Virus record (IMG/VR): IMGVR_UViG_3300044729_003839
Location: 58,966-122,965 of that record
Origin: a virus
Strand: one strand, 5' to 3'
DNA: 64,000 nt
Shown here: one piece after another, positions 11,501 through 20,542 of the stretch
How positions within the stretch are numbered: the stretch's first letter is position 1
How the letters are laid out: every line of letters begins with the position of its first letter
Notes under the pieces: model-generated
Seen by the model: only the letters and a program-made list of their open reading frames with translations
Databases searched by the model: none
What the model was told of the DNA's origin: nothing
Translations under genes and position numbers: made by a program

Positions 11501-11588
11501 TTTTACCGGCCTTTGACCTCAACGACCGAATTATCGCGTCTTGCGGAGTCTGGGACAACCCCGGAGTCTTATCTATCCTAGTTGCCAT
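8535..11588 (-). CDS. PA14-domain-containing virion protein
   Basis: WGIRWDGYLYITPGIYSFQVETN resembles PA14. N-terminal GLKRSNSLSDVSDPRKALNN fibre motif. Preceded by a late box. Confidence 0.6.
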   Translation of the reverse strand: MATRIDKTPGLSQTPQDAIIRSLRSKAGKREQRTDFIGLKRSNSLSDVSDPRKALNNTLVKLNEGDVEEQEFYNSQYDSSDWAVTKDFALEGITRDALLPLLGVSAQDGVVNLNPRIRIQDRISQVDSFSGIDSFNSLHAGPSAQFYRVAKRQVIGFLKFDFNTVTGEITVNELKGVDGVTDLTDEEILSGRRYVILLVEWYELENGSKADLSGTGIYLRVDSEDGWSVEEGFSSLTSIRSILGSLRFSQRPFRLGRGYSSINPPPWFSESPSTGIPDTVENLIRKPSGDPVVERGYWYSKAVIESRWSAEEIRQIGAPTGEVIVQDSNMRWESPPNPLRFETGDWGIRWDGYLYITPGIYSFQVETNCLVKIDVYLDEWTEVFSSGVPSSENSKYFSATSFDVNSIDNKFKYFYSSTEWEAYMPITIRMYVGGTDRSEPSVIVPTEPNIFLKTTKLQDPVNFYSELIDIELEELSPGEFAIFSDDLVSILIPVGDEYASVSYELVEKDGQALGDPIVVEISEIGVITDPELEEGEYKLRIFPVLSGEFEDNLEPLWRGRIASPGEGRTSYSDLVSGDFTPNQQKIPFDFRPSWWKVSQGHPYDRSLALSPSNTPFDGFASNIFKDEFSSGADGFGLYGDGDNNYTQRPNIIAGESKYEESSPNGSNYIGISLSSDRFGEGGRFIADSFPLNNSVFDDPGLLGENELGGDPNHKTSAFGKVTPEVAQIYLWTTGPEELQGKYFLSVDSASVTSDDDPELYGLPDFSSNEWLSPISISAVQVCDNSDFEGSSVKKFPAVLPILLEKVEVSGFTVISFSVLLPSLLPGGSEVSQFSGKFIRFYTSNSREFQNTLVDTGESICFSDVIKLTYDNDDNLIPFQSEIPQALSERVTPFGFDGISGICYPPYIVSDPLLKDTAIEDDDLYDAPAGWYDVFWGDPTKAGLGGKTLTLSRSLEFRGKDAVEPIITPVDFSFSLYSHKFRVDMPLEAEDHDEDVLTYLGNGEQVSDTYYLFVNLPN

Positions 11589-11608
11589 TAAAAAGGTATT
11601 CTTTAAAA

Positions 11609-11631
11609 GCTTTCAACTTGGAGTTGAAGGC
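11609..11631. promoter_or_regulatory. Back-to-back divergent late boxes (GTTGAAAGC on -, GTTGAAGGC on +)
   Basis: GCTTTCAAC-ttgga-GTTGAAGGC; 20 nt to ATG 11588 (-) and 23 nt to ATG 11655 (+). Confidence 0.75.
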
Positions 11632-11654
11632 TTAGTATACAGGGCGTACAACCG

Positions 11655-11879
11655 ATGGAAAAAATTAGGTTAACAGAGGGACTAGCTTTCCTTATATTCG
11701 AGGCGTTGTTCTGCATATCATTTATCGCTCTTTGCGAAATACCTAACTGGGCCATAGGGGCTAAGCAAGTTAATGCCTGTACAGATAGGTGGATGTTTAC
11801 GGCGGCTCTTTTCTTTCCTTCTGCGGTACAACAATCTCCCCCTTCTAGCTCTCGTACAAATCGCGGTACGACAAAATAA
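11655..11879 (+). CDS. Small membrane protein
   Basis: 74 aa with hydrophobic stretch LAFLIFEALFCISFIAL; directly behind a late box. Confidence 0.55.
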   Translation: MEKIRLTEGLAFLIFEALFCISFIALCEIPNWAIGAKQVNACTDRWMFTAALFFPSAVQQSPPSSSRTNRGTTK

Positions 11880-12594
11880 CCTGTTTTACAAATTCCGAGC
11901 GGACAATATCATCGATTTGGAATTCCACTGAACCGACAAACTCGTCGAGTTTAGACAGTCTGTGAACCGCATCGCTCAGACCGTCCTTTCCAAATCTATT
12001 GGCTAAATCGCGCTGAATCACATCACCTAGTAACGCGATTGAACTGTAGTCACCGAGACGAGAAAGAATAGTCAGCACGCTATGCGCAGTGGCATTCTGC
12101 ATCTCGTCCGCAATTACCATGCAACGGTGCAGCGACCGACCTCTTAAATGTTCAATGGGCAAAAACTCGATAATCTTTTTATCAATCAAGTAATCCGCCT
12201 TCCCTTTCGCCATAAACACGCTTAACGCGTCCCTTAGCGATGCAATATGCGGCTCGAGCTTTTCCATTTCGTTGCCTGGCAAATAACCAATACCTTTTTC
12301 ACCGGGCGTATCGACAATCGGTTTGATATAGTATATTTTATCGATTTGCCGTTTTTGAAGTTTTTCGCAAGCAATGAAGACGGAGAGAAGTGTTTTAGCC
12401 GTCCCCGGGGGACCCGTTAAAATAGTAAGAGTTCGGCTTCGCAAATAATCCAAAGCTTCGCGCTGGCTGTCATTCGCAGGGTGGATCGTCCTGAGGCCGT
12501 CTCCCCGCCCTGCAGGGATCCCATAAGCAATTTCATCGTATCCCGGCACCGATGACTCGGTGACCTTCTCTCGCCTCGTACGCGCTTTAGCCAT
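11845..12594 (-). CDS. phoH: PhoH-family ATPase
   Basis: Walker A GPPGTAKT, IGYLPG, LRGRSL, IADEMQN, GDVIQRD, DIVRS. Likely start is MAKAR at ATG 12594 (the ORF track extends to 12627). Confidence 0.92.
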   Translation of the reverse strand: MAKARTRREKVTESSVPGYDEIAYGIPAGRGDGLRTIHPANDSQREALDYLRSRTLTILTGPPGTAKTLLSVFIACEKLQKRQIDKIYYIKPIVDTPGEKGIGYLPGNEMEKLEPHIASLRDALSVFMAKGKADYLIDKKIIEFLPIEHLRGRSLHRCMVIADEMQNATAHSVLTILSRLGDYSSIALLGDVIQRDLANRFGKDGLSDAVHRLSKLDEFVGSVEFQIDDIVRSEFVKQVILSYRDLYES

Positions 12595-12702
12595 TGAGTT
12601 TTCCAGGTAATAAAAAAGACGGGACACAAAGACTGTGTACCCGCCCAGGAGCTGATATATTTTGAACGGAGAACCATTCAGAGAAAAGCACCTACAATGC
12701 TT

Positions 12703-13329
12703 TCACCTTTGTCTGAGGGGGATAGAAGGACAGTTGGTGAACACGTCTTTGTCGGTGTCGGGCCTGGGGAGGCTGAATACACAAGAACGGGGTATAAGGC
12801 TTTGGGCTTTGAAGAACTTCTCGGTATGTCCATAATACCCGTTATGCTCGTTCATTCTCAACTCGAGTTGGGCGTTTATCCAGTACGTAGAGGCACGAGG
12901 ATTATTGGCTCTAAGCTCGGTGATGTGCCGATCGATAATGGTTTGATCCCAGCCCCGGCCCAAGATTACAACATCGACTCTTTCGCTCAAGTCGATCAAA
13001 ATTGATTCAGGCTCGAGTGAGCAGATCGGGTTGATAGGGGGCATTTGCCCCCTGCGCTCCTCGTAAAACAATGTGTCGGAGACGAAACGATCGATTAGGA
13101 GATAGTCTGGGGCCGGCAAAGGAATGTCTGTAAGCTTTTCCCTGAACTGTTCAACAGGAGAGCTATGTTCCGGCTTGATTCCTGAAAAGTGAAGAGTATG
13201 AACTAGGTATCCCGCGTTTTTTAAGTTAGACGCCGTCTTGTTAAGGAGAGAAGTTTTTCCAACCCGATCGGGCCCCAGGAAAATAATCGTGTGCATTGCG
13301 GAGGGGAGAAGTCTCCCTAAGTCTAGCAC
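12703..13329 (-). CDS. Nucleoside-monophosphate (thymidylate-like) kinase
   Basis: N-terminal P-loop IIFLGPDRVGKT and LIDRF motif of the dTMP/dNMP kinase fold. Start uncertain. Confidence 0.65.
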   Translation of the reverse strand: MLDLGRLLPSAMHTIIFLGPDRVGKTSLLNKTASNLKNAGYLVHTLHFSGIKPEHSSPVEQFREKLTDIPLPAPDYLLIDRFVSDTLFYEERRGQMPPINPICSLEPESILIDLSERVDVVILGRGWDQTIIDRHITELRANNPRASTYWINAQLELRMNEHNGYYGHTEKFFKAQSLIPRSCVFSLPRPDTDKDVFTNCPSIPLRQR

Positions 13330-13338
13330 GTTGAAAGC
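13330..13338 (+). promoter_or_regulatory. Putative late promoter box GTTGAAAGC
   Basis: 20 nt before ATG 13359. Confidence 0.75.
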
Positions 13339-13358
13339 CCTATGAGACGATTATTTCA

Positions 13359-13682
13359 ATGCCTAGACCGAGATGGGGTGTTCGGTTTTCATCCGACCCG
13401 AACAAAACTAAAAGCTACGTGCAGTCGTTGTATGACGATGATGCCGCCAATGTGAAACGCGGCGAGCTGTTTCTTAACGAGCCGAAGGCCCAGATCTTTT
13501 ATGTCGGCGCGGATGGAGTTGCAAGACGTGTAGGCGAGCAGGACGTCGTCCCTTTCGCCCAAATCGATTTTACCGGCCTTAGGGAATTCGCTGACGATAC
13601 CGCTGCCGCTGCCGCCACTCCTCCCGTCCCAGTCGGAGGCATGTACCGCACGGGAAGCGCCCTCAAGGTGCGGGTTTCTTAG
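13359..13682 (+). CDS. Small virion structural protein (fibre-like modules)
   Basis: GELFLN..IFY module and C-terminal FADDTAAAA..VPVGGMYRTG..LKVR, both seen in phage fibre/appendage proteins; late box upstream. Confidence 0.6.
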   Translation: MPRPRWGVRFSSDPNKTKSYVQSLYDDDAANVKRGELFLNEPKAQIFYVGADGVARRVGEQDVVPFAQIDFTGLREFADDTAAAAATPPVPVGGMYRTGSALKVRVS

Positions 13683-13690
13683 TTGAAAGC
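13682..13690 (+). promoter_or_regulatory. Putative late promoter box GTTGAAAGC
   Basis: Overlaps the upstream TAG by 1 nt; 26 nt before ATG 13717. Confidence 0.75.
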
Positions 13691-13716
13691 TTAAAGAATA
13701 GATTAAATCGCGTATT

Positions 13717-14448
13717 ATGGCTACAATCGCTAGATTAAAAAGGCTTGTTGGCATCGAGTTTGAGTACAAAGCTTCGCTCGGAGATTTTTTTGCCACCGTC
13801 TTGCAGAATAAACTTGTCAACGAGTACGATCAGACGGGGAACACCCCTGAAATTCGCTCGGAACTGCTGGAAAAATACAACACTTGCGGGCCTAGCATGG
13901 GCTTCTCGGCCAAGCAATTCGCGTATGGGGTCTTGGAACTGGTGGTGGACGCGTTGGTTGCGAATCCGGATGTTGTGACGGATCCGTACGAGAACCAGCT
14001 CAATGATCAGCTCGTGAATATTACAAGGTATGTGGGAATCGCTGGTGAGGGAGATTATCACTTTATGGTAGCAGTGTATAACCTTTCCGCAACGCTTTCT
14101 CAAATCACGCAGAACGTTATTCCTGTCGGTCCGCTTGTCGCCTTGGGTGACGTAATCGATGGCGGTGAGAACTACACGGTTGACGGTTTAGACGGAGGCG
14201 ATGCGACCGGTGTTGTGTTCCGAGCTTATCTTGAAGTAGGCGAACAGAACGATCCTGCTCAGTACGAAGACGCCTCGCTCGAGGGGACGATTGTGGACGG
14301 TTCTGTGACCGAGATTACCGACATCCTGGACGGCGGTGACGGCTTTGCCGTCGGCGATATCTTGAGTCTGGAGATCGATACAACAGAACCCGGCCAGGGT
14401 GACGGTGAAGGATCCGGCGCGTTAGTTGTGGTTATCGAAGTGGCATGA
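13717..14448 (+). CDS. Hypothetical structural protein
   Basis: 243 aa with an acidic Gly-rich C-terminal domain (DGGENY, DGGDGFAVGD); late box upstream. Confidence 0.6.
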   Translation: MATIARLKRLVGIEFEYKASLGDFFATVLQNKLVNEYDQTGNTPEIRSELLEKYNTCGPSMGFSAKQFAYGVLELVVDALVANPDVVTDPYENQLNDQLVNITRYVGIAGEGDYHFMVAVYNLSATLSQITQNVIPVGPLVALGDVIDGGENYTVDGLDGGDATGVVFRAYLEVGEQNDPAQYEDASLEGTIVDGSVTEITDILDGGDGFAVGDILSLEIDTTEPGQGDGEGSGALVVVIEVA

Positions 14449-14449
14449 A

Positions 14450-17400
14450 GTGCATAGCCTCTATCGTTGCAGGTGCCTGGTAGGTTATAGGCCGTTTTCT
14501 ACCGGCGATCAGGAGATTATATGGTTCCCGGAAAGGCAGATTGCCGGGGTAACCTTGTCAATGAACTGGTCGCCTGATGCGTTGACCGCGAATGCCGAGA
14601 CTTCAGTCCGGGGAGCAACGCAGTTTGTAAACGCCTTGTCCGGGTCGACAGTAAACGTCACGTTGTCCGACCCGTACATGACCGGGGCGTCTTGGGCGGT
14701 ACTTTTTGACACGGCTGCAGCGTACACTGGCGAGCAGTTGGCAGCCGCGAATCATATCTTGCTGCCGAAGTGCGAAAAGGGCCAGGTATCGACTCGCGAA
14801 AGACCTTGCCGTCCGTACGAACAAAGCTCGGAATTTGAAGATCCGGGCATCAGCAAAGCTAGTTTTTCACAATTCGCTCATTTGGTTGTAATTTTCTATT
14901 ACAATGTCGGCAGCAACGTCTTCAGCCTGGAGAGTTATTTTCGGGTAAACCGGTTCAATATCAGTCACGGGAAAACTTATCCCAAAGTGACGATTTCCGG
15001 GCTCGACCCTCAAACTATCGCTTTTAACCAGAATCTGGCGAACTTCCAGATGAAAGAGAACGAGACGTTGGAAGAGAATTTGAAGGAAATTGCGAAACAA
15101 TACGGATACCGGGTGTCGTTTTGCAACTCGCCTGAAGCGAATTATGGCCAGAAATACATAATGCCTAGTGGGTTTAGAGAGAAGGCGGTTACAGGGGAAG
15201 AAGTCCTTAAGAAGTATATTGGCAGCGTAGGGGGAAATTATAGCAAATTACCTTTAAAAGAATACGCAAATAAGATTTCGATTTGCACCCGGGCCAATGT
15301 TAACCAGGGCTGCTCAATATTTTACTTGGGCAAAGGCCTTTACGAGTATTACAATATAAGCGGGTCGGTCGAACGTGATTTTCTGAATTCTAACGCTGAA
15401 CTTGAGTTCAAGCGCGGCTTAGGTGTTGATTATGACACCACCCCAATCGATGGAGAAGAATACACTTTAGAAGATACTTTCCCGGATAAGAGAAAGGCGA
15501 AGATGGCGAGTGTCAAAACGAGTCTCAAGCAGTTCCCCGAGCAGTTTACTGTCTTAAAAAAGAGGTTTCAAGTCAATCAGTCGACAAGCGGATATGTGTG
15601 GAGAGGTAACAGTCCGGCCGTTAAAAACACCAAGGTAGAGAATACGAACTTATATGGTATTGGTGTTAATGATAACGTTCCTATATCGTTTTTAGACGGA
15701 CTTGTTGAGAACAGAACCTTTACGAAGGACGTTAACGGTTCCCTATGGATTAATATACAGACAAACTACGTCCTTAAAGTGTGTGATAAGGCAAAGAAGT
15801 GTACGATCCGTCCTATTCATCAAGAGGTGGGTAATTTACTGGCGATTCAAGGCGATTTGAAAAAGGGCAGTAAAGTTGCGATTAACCAGGTATTGGGAGA
15901 GTCGAATCCAGAGAAACTGCTACATACTCGATTCTATATTCCAAAGTCATCGGCCGGTACTACTACTGTTACCCTCGAACCTTCGTTGGTGTGGAATTTC
16001 GCCATCCCGGCATTCGATCTTACAGACGAAGAGAAGAAAGAGGCTGGGATTAAAACTTTCGAGACGGGTCCGGGCCCAGCGCGGTCTACTGTAGGCAGAG
16101 TGGTCCCTGAAGCGCCTAAAGCAAGCCTTAAGAATTGGAGGCCGACAGACGCAACTAAACCGAGCAAAGTGCTGGTAATGGCGGGGCACGCCGATGCTTC
16201 TGACACAGGGGCAGAGAATGAAAGAGCGTTGAACATCGAACTTGTGAAATGGGCGCAGAGAAATGCTCAAGCGTATGGAGTGGCGGATTTTCTCGAGTTT
16301 TACTACCCACCGTCCCCCAATGCCAAGACTCAATTCAAGACGGCTTTTGATGCAGTTTCTGCCGGAAAGCAAGTGATCGAGATTCATAACGACGAGCCTA
16401 ATGGCAGGTCGGGGGTAATTCCGCCCCTCGTCCCCGGCCCTAGGAGCGGGAGTAGCGGAGTACCGGCTGGAGCACGTCCCAACAAAATCAGGATCCTGGA
16501 CGATACTTTAAGTTCGATTTACGGCGCTTTTGATAAGGACTGGAGGTCGAAACCAGGAGAGGCGCCATTAGGAATTCCGAACAGAGGCGGTACTATCCTC
16601 GAAGTGGGCAGAATGTCTGATGAAGTTAATAAAATTGTCGAGTCGGGTACCCCGGCACAAAAGGAAGCGCTGTATAAACAGCTTATGGACCCGTTTATGA
16701 AGGCTGTGGCGGCAGAGAAGGCTAGGATGCCGGGATCTGCGGCACCTGCTGCACCGCAACTCCCACCAGCCGCTTCCGCTCCTATAGGCCAATGCTTAGG
16801 TCAACTGGGCAACACAGGTAGCTCTAGTGGTCCCCATCTCCACGTAGAATGGGCAGGAAGTAAAAAAGGTGCTTTTATAGACGAGTCCACTGTATCTAAA
16901 TATGTTACAATTAGTGGGAGAAAAATAGGAACACCTGATGTTACTTCTAGATACCGCACATCAGACAGACCGAATCACAACGGTGTTGACATTGGTGGCG
17001 GAGAAGGTGCAAATTTAGGTTTGACTGGGGGGGCCAGATTTAACAGAGTAGTAGAAGCTAATTGTGGCAAAAGCACAGGGAGATATGACCGATGCGGGGG
17101 TGGATACGGAAATCATATTATTATCGATACCCCGGAAGGGCAACTTTTGATCGCTCACCTCAAAGAAGGCTCGTTGACCAACTGCTCAAATCAGCCCCAG
17201 ACAAGCTCGTCATCTAGCTCTTCCGGCTCAAAGTACGGCCAAGGCGTACAGAACTCCCCCACCCCTGTCGGCGTCACGGTAGAGACCGAGTTCAAAGGAA
17301 TACCCCGCTCGTTAAGAATTGTTCCTGGCAGGACGATCCTCGCGTTCGTAACCAAATACGATGAGTGGATTGAGAAGGGGCGGCCGAACAATATCGACCC

Positions 17401-18253
17401 CGGGGTCTGGATCCCTCAACGATTTTCAAAATGGTTCGTTAAAAGTGCTGAGTATAGGTGGGACGGAGACCTTAGGGTGAAGGTGACTGGGGTGAGTGAT
17501 TGGGGTGTAGCAGTAAACAACGTTCCGGCTCCTCCCACCTTTGAAGACTACTTAGTTACGGAAAATTTCAAATACCGCGATTACTATGGGTATATCCGCT
17601 CGTTAGGAGATTTGTGCTGGAACCTGGGTAATGGCAAAACATCTTGCGACGAACTTTGTAAAGAGGCCGAGGAGGTGAGGGAGTTTTTACAACGTTCGAG
17701 AGAAACGGCTGAGGCGACAGAGGCGGCAGCGGCAAGTAATGTGACTAGCGAATTTCCTCCAGCAAATTGCAAGTATATAGGAAGTAAATACCCTGCAAGT
17801 CGGGTAAATGCGATCATTAACGCGGCACGACAAGGCGGTATAAACACTAAGGCGGGTTATGCGGGGGTTGTAGGCAATGCAATTATCGAGTCTAGGCAAG
17901 GAACTGAACTAAACCCAGCAGCGGACAACAAAAATCCGCGATATCTCGACTCCCAAGGGAGAGGTTGTATAGGAATCTTTCAGTGGTGCGACAGAAAGAA
18001 AGGCTTGGATGATCTCGCACGCAGACTCGGTAAGCCCTGGCAAGATTTCGGTGTGCAAATGCAGTGGTTCGTCCAGGAGTTAAAAGGGGCAGACAGCGGG
18101 GGACCTGCAACCGTGCAAGCCCTCAACAGTACTAACGACCCTAAAAAAGCTGCTTTTGAATTCAATAGGTTATTTGAAAGGGCTCCCGGTCAAAAAGAAA
18201 CGGAAAGACAACAAGCCGCACAAGAAATATTCGACCAGTTAGAGTGTCAATAA
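14450..18253 (+). CDS. Baseplate hub-like protein carrying amidase_3, permuted M23 peptidase and phage-tail lysozyme domains
   Basis: Hub-like N-terminus (VNVTLSDP, VTISGLDP, LKEIAKQYG). Amidase motifs MAGH..E..IEIHND..ILEVG. M23 motifs GPHLH, HNGVD, GYGN, AHL. C-terminal AGVVGNAIIES..GIFQW..FERA (Phage_lysozyme2-like). Probable start is GTG 14450 (track uses TTG 14426). Confidence 0.75.
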   Translation: MHSLYRCRCLVGYRPFSTGDQEIIWFPERQIAGVTLSMNWSPDALTANAETSVRGATQFVNALSGSTVNVTLSDPYMTGASWAVLFDTAAAYTGEQLAAANHILLPKCEKGQVSTRERPCRPYEQSSEFEDPGISKASFSQFAHLVVIFYYNVGSNVFSLESYFRVNRFNISHGKTYPKVTISGLDPQTIAFNQNLANFQMKENETLEENLKEIAKQYGYRVSFCNSPEANYGQKYIMPSGFREKAVTGEEVLKKYIGSVGGNYSKLPLKEYANKISICTRANVNQGCSIFYLGKGLYEYYNISGSVERDFLNSNAELEFKRGLGVDYDTTPIDGEEYTLEDTFPDKRKAKMASVKTSLKQFPEQFTVLKKRFQVNQSTSGYVWRGNSPAVKNTKVENTNLYGIGVNDNVPISFLDGLVENRTFTKDVNGSLWINIQTNYVLKVCDKAKKCTIRPIHQEVGNLLAIQGDLKKGSKVAINQVLGESNPEKLLHTRFYIPKSSAGTTTVTLEPSLVWNFAIPAFDLTDEEKKEAGIKTFETGPGPARSTVGRVVPEAPKASLKNWRPTDATKPSKVLVMAGHADASDTGAENERALNIELVKWAQRNAQAYGVADFLEFYYPPSPNAKTQFKTAFDAVSAGKQVIEIHNDEPNGRSGVIPPLVPGPRSGSSGVPAGARPNKIRILDDTLSSIYGAFDKDWRSKPGEAPLGIPNRGGTILEVGRMSDEVNKIVESGTPAQKEALYKQLMDPFMKAVAAEKARMPGSAAPAAPQLPPAASAPIGQCLGQLGNTGSSSGPHLHVEWAGSKKGAFIDESTVSKYVTISGRKIGTPDVTSRYRTSDRPNHNGVDIGGGEGANLGLTGGARFNRVVEANCGKSTGRYDRCGGGYGNHIIIDTPEGQLLIAHLKEGSLTNCSNQPQTSSSSSSSGSKYGQGVQNSPTPVGVTVETEFKGIPRSLRIVPGRTILAFVTKYDEWIEKGRPNNIDPGVWIPQRFSKWFVKSAEYRWDGDLRVKVTGVSDWGVAVNNVPAPPTFEDYLVTENFKYRDYYGYIRSLGDLCWNLGNGKTSCDELCKEAEEVREFLQRSRETAEATEAAAASNVTSEFPPANCKYIGSKYPASRVNAIINAARQGGINTKAGYAGVVGNAIIESRQGTELNPAADNKNPRYLDSQGRGCIGIFQWCDRKKGLDDLARRLGKPWQDFGVQMQWFVQELKGADSGGPATVQALNSTNDPKKAAFEFNRLFERAPGQKETERQQAAQEIFDQLECQ

Positions 18254-18257
18254 CACC

Positions 18258-18776
18258 ATGTTGTTTCTAAAACCGCTTCTCGGACTGTTTTTCAAAGACG
18301 TGGTGCAAGACGCCGCAAAAAAATCCGTTCAAAACTCTTTGAATGAACTGTCAAAAGAGCAGATAAGGCGTGAGTTTCTCCGCACAGTAGCCGAAGGCTA
18401 CACCCGAGAAGTTGAGCACAACCTCTCACAATATGTACGCGCTTTAGGGGCCGCTTCGGTAACAATCGAAGCGGAGGGGGACTTGACAGGAGACAGGCTA
18501 TTCTCCGCCCTACAAAGTTCGCTTAAAACCCTCGAAGTTGAGATCGAAAAGCAGGGGGAAAATTCTCCCATCGTCCAGTATTTAAAAAGACGGTATGGCG
18601 AGGAGCAAGACGTTTATGTAGGCAGAGAGTCCGTCTCCGTCGCCAGCATGTTTTCTCCGGGAGAATCCCGGCAACAAATATGGCTTAATAGGTCGGGCAA
18701 TATCGAACTGCCTGAGTCAATATCCCGAGAAGTTGCTAACCTGCTCGATCAAATATTGTCCGAAGACTTGCCATAG
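18258..18776 (+). CDS. Hypothetical protein
   Basis: 172-aa ORF starting 4 nt after the hub gene; no recognised motif. Confidence 0.6.
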   Translation: MLFLKPLLGLFFKDVVQDAAKKSVQNSLNELSKEQIRREFLRTVAEGYTREVEHNLSQYVRALGAASVTIEAEGDLTGDRLFSALQSSLKTLEVEIEKQGENSPIVQYLKRRYGEEQDVYVGRESVSVASMFSPGESRQQIWLNRSGNIELPESISREVANLLDQILSEDLP

Positions 18777-19465
18777 TACTTCGCACCTTTGATGATGTTT
18801 TCCCTCGGATCAAGCACCTGGTACTGTGCATTCAAAGCGTGGTAATCAAACCAGCTTTCTGACATCTTTGTGCAAGATAGACGACAAGTAACACCCACAC
18901 ATTTGACAGGTATTGTCTCTAGGTCTAGAGAATTGTCCCGGCACCATTCCTCGACAAGCCGTATAAACGGATAGACATGATCGACATGATACGCTCCGTG
19001 TATCGGCTTGCCTGTCAACGACGATTTAACAACATTTTGACCCGAGACTCGTCTTTTATAAAGATCGATTTGCGGTTGGATAATATTTCTTAAGGCACGG
19101 ATCGCGAGTTTTCTATTCTCCTTGGCCGGGTCGGGGGCATAAGTTCTCGGAAATATTTTCGACATTACATACGATTTTCCCACCCATACTTCGTACTTAG
19201 ACGTGGGTGTCATCAAGACTACACCCTTGACTTTGCGGCCATTAAACTCTTTGCTTGTGAGCTTGAACTTGCACTGTCCAGGCCTTAGCAATATTTTCCT
19301 GAACCTTTCAATCTTGAGACAGATTTGCCTCATGAACAGGGTGTCCTCTTCGTTAAAAAAGACACCCGTCTCATAAGATGAAGTAATAAATTTCCATCTT
19401 TCCGCGAACTGTTTTTTATTGTATTGCTGCTCGCCAATCTCCGTATATATCGACTTACCCATCAC
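18749..19465 (-). CDS. DCL/DUF3223-like protein with HNH-like C-terminus
   Basis: ALRNIIQPQI..YHVDHVYPF..WFDYH..ENI pattern as in viral DUF3223-associated proteins; similarity of the N-terminal part is weak. Confidence 0.45.
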   Translation of the reverse strand: MMGKSIYTEIGEQQYNKKQFAERWKFITSSYETGVFFNEEDTLFMRQICLKIERFRKILLRPGQCKFKLTSKEFNGRKVKGVVLMTPTSKYEVWVGKSYVMSKIFPRTYAPDPAKENRKLAIRALRNIIQPQIDLYKRRVSGQNVVKSSLTGKPIHGAYHVDHVYPFIRLVEEWCRDNSLDLETIPVKCVGVTCRLSCTKMSESWFDYHALNAQYQVLDPRENIIKGAKYYGKSSDNI

Positions 19466-20180
19466 TCATAAGTTTGCTAAGCAGCTCGTCCGTCTTCGCT
19501 GCAATCTTCTCCGCACTATTAATCCCCGGGTTCTTACGGTAGATAGTTGACACAGCTCTTTTGTGAATGTAAACATCCATTAGAAATGTGTATTCTTCTG
19601 GGGAAAGTTTCGAAAGCCTACCTATAATATCCCCGTAATCGCTAAACATCGAGGCGAGATTATCGTCATCAATCCCCCCGTCATCAACTGGCATCTCCGT
19701 CTCCTCGTTAATCTCCAAATACGTCATTTGAAACGCCTCACGCGTCTCGGCTATAAGATGTTCGGTCAGGCCGGTAGCCTCAGATATCTGCGCGTCGGTC
19801 AGGTCTGGGCTCCTGCCAACAATCCTTCTCATCTTCATATAAGCGTCTGAATACGACCGTGGTATCTTGATCATTCGCGAGTTATCGCGCAAATAATTCA
19901 ATAGCTGAAAAGTCAACGAGCGATTTAACCAAGTACTGAAATTGGCTTTTTCCGGGTCCCACTTGTCATAAAGTTTGACCATTGCTTCAAGGGCAACAGA
20001 CCTCAACTCATCAAATGGAACACCAGAAAACGATGCCACTTTTCTCGCGGCATAACTCGCTTTCCACATATTTTCCCGGATGTGAAAATCGCGAGTCCGC
20101 TCGTACTCCGTCTTCCTCCGATTATAATTATTCCTAAGCCTCTCCCTTCTCAGCTCGACATTAATACCTTGCGTGGTCAT
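19455..20180 (-). CDS. Phage RNA polymerase sigma factor (group 3, SigF/SigB-like)
   Basis: Region 2 motifs PFDELRSVALEAMVKLYDKWDPEKANFSTW..LNYLRD..IKIPR; region 3 TDAQISEATGL. Confidence 0.85.
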   Translation of the reverse strand: MTTQGINVELRRERLRNNYNRRKTEYERTRDFHIRENMWKASYAARKVASFSGVPFDELRSVALEAMVKLYDKWDPEKANFSTWLNRSLTFQLLNYLRDNSRMIKIPRSYSDAYMKMRRIVGRSPDLTDAQISEATGLTEHLIAETREAFQMTYLEINEETEMPVDDGGIDDDNLASMFSDYGDIIGRLSKLSPEEYTFLMDVYIHKRAVSTIYRKNPGINSAEKIAAKTDELLSKLMSDG

Positions 20181-20512
20181 CAGGCTCTGCCTCCCCTAAT
20201 CGAGTTGATCACGAAGCTTTTAAGTTGCGAAGCGGGCATAATGCCTTCACCGTTAAACCCGATCAAATCGCATTCTTCGTCAAAAACAGCGATTTCTGGA
20301 GTTCCTTGCCCGGAAGTTCCCGGCTTAAGAGACTCGAGAAATTCCCAGTTATCTTCAGTGACGTCGTATTCTCCCCAGCCCACACGCAGTTCTGGGTATT
20401 CTTCAGATACTTCTCCGGCCACTTGTCCCCAAATCGGTTTCATAGCTTCGCAAGCGGGGCATCCGGGCTGTACGAAGAGTACGACTTTTCTTAAAAAGGT
20501 CTCTTTTTCCAT
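20180..20512 (-). CDS. Thioredoxin-like protein
   Basis: VVLFVQPGCPACEAMKP (CxxC) and cis-Pro motif GTP; AGGAG Shine-Dalgarno upstream. Confidence 0.8.
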   Translation of the reverse strand: MEKETFLRKVVLFVQPGCPACEAMKPIWGQVAGEVSEEYPELRVGWGEYDVTEDNWEFLESLKPGTSGQGTPEIAVFDEECDLIGFNGEGIMPASQLKSFVINSIRGGRA

Positions 20513-20542
20513 TGGATTAATCTCCTGAGTAATGGCTTAATA

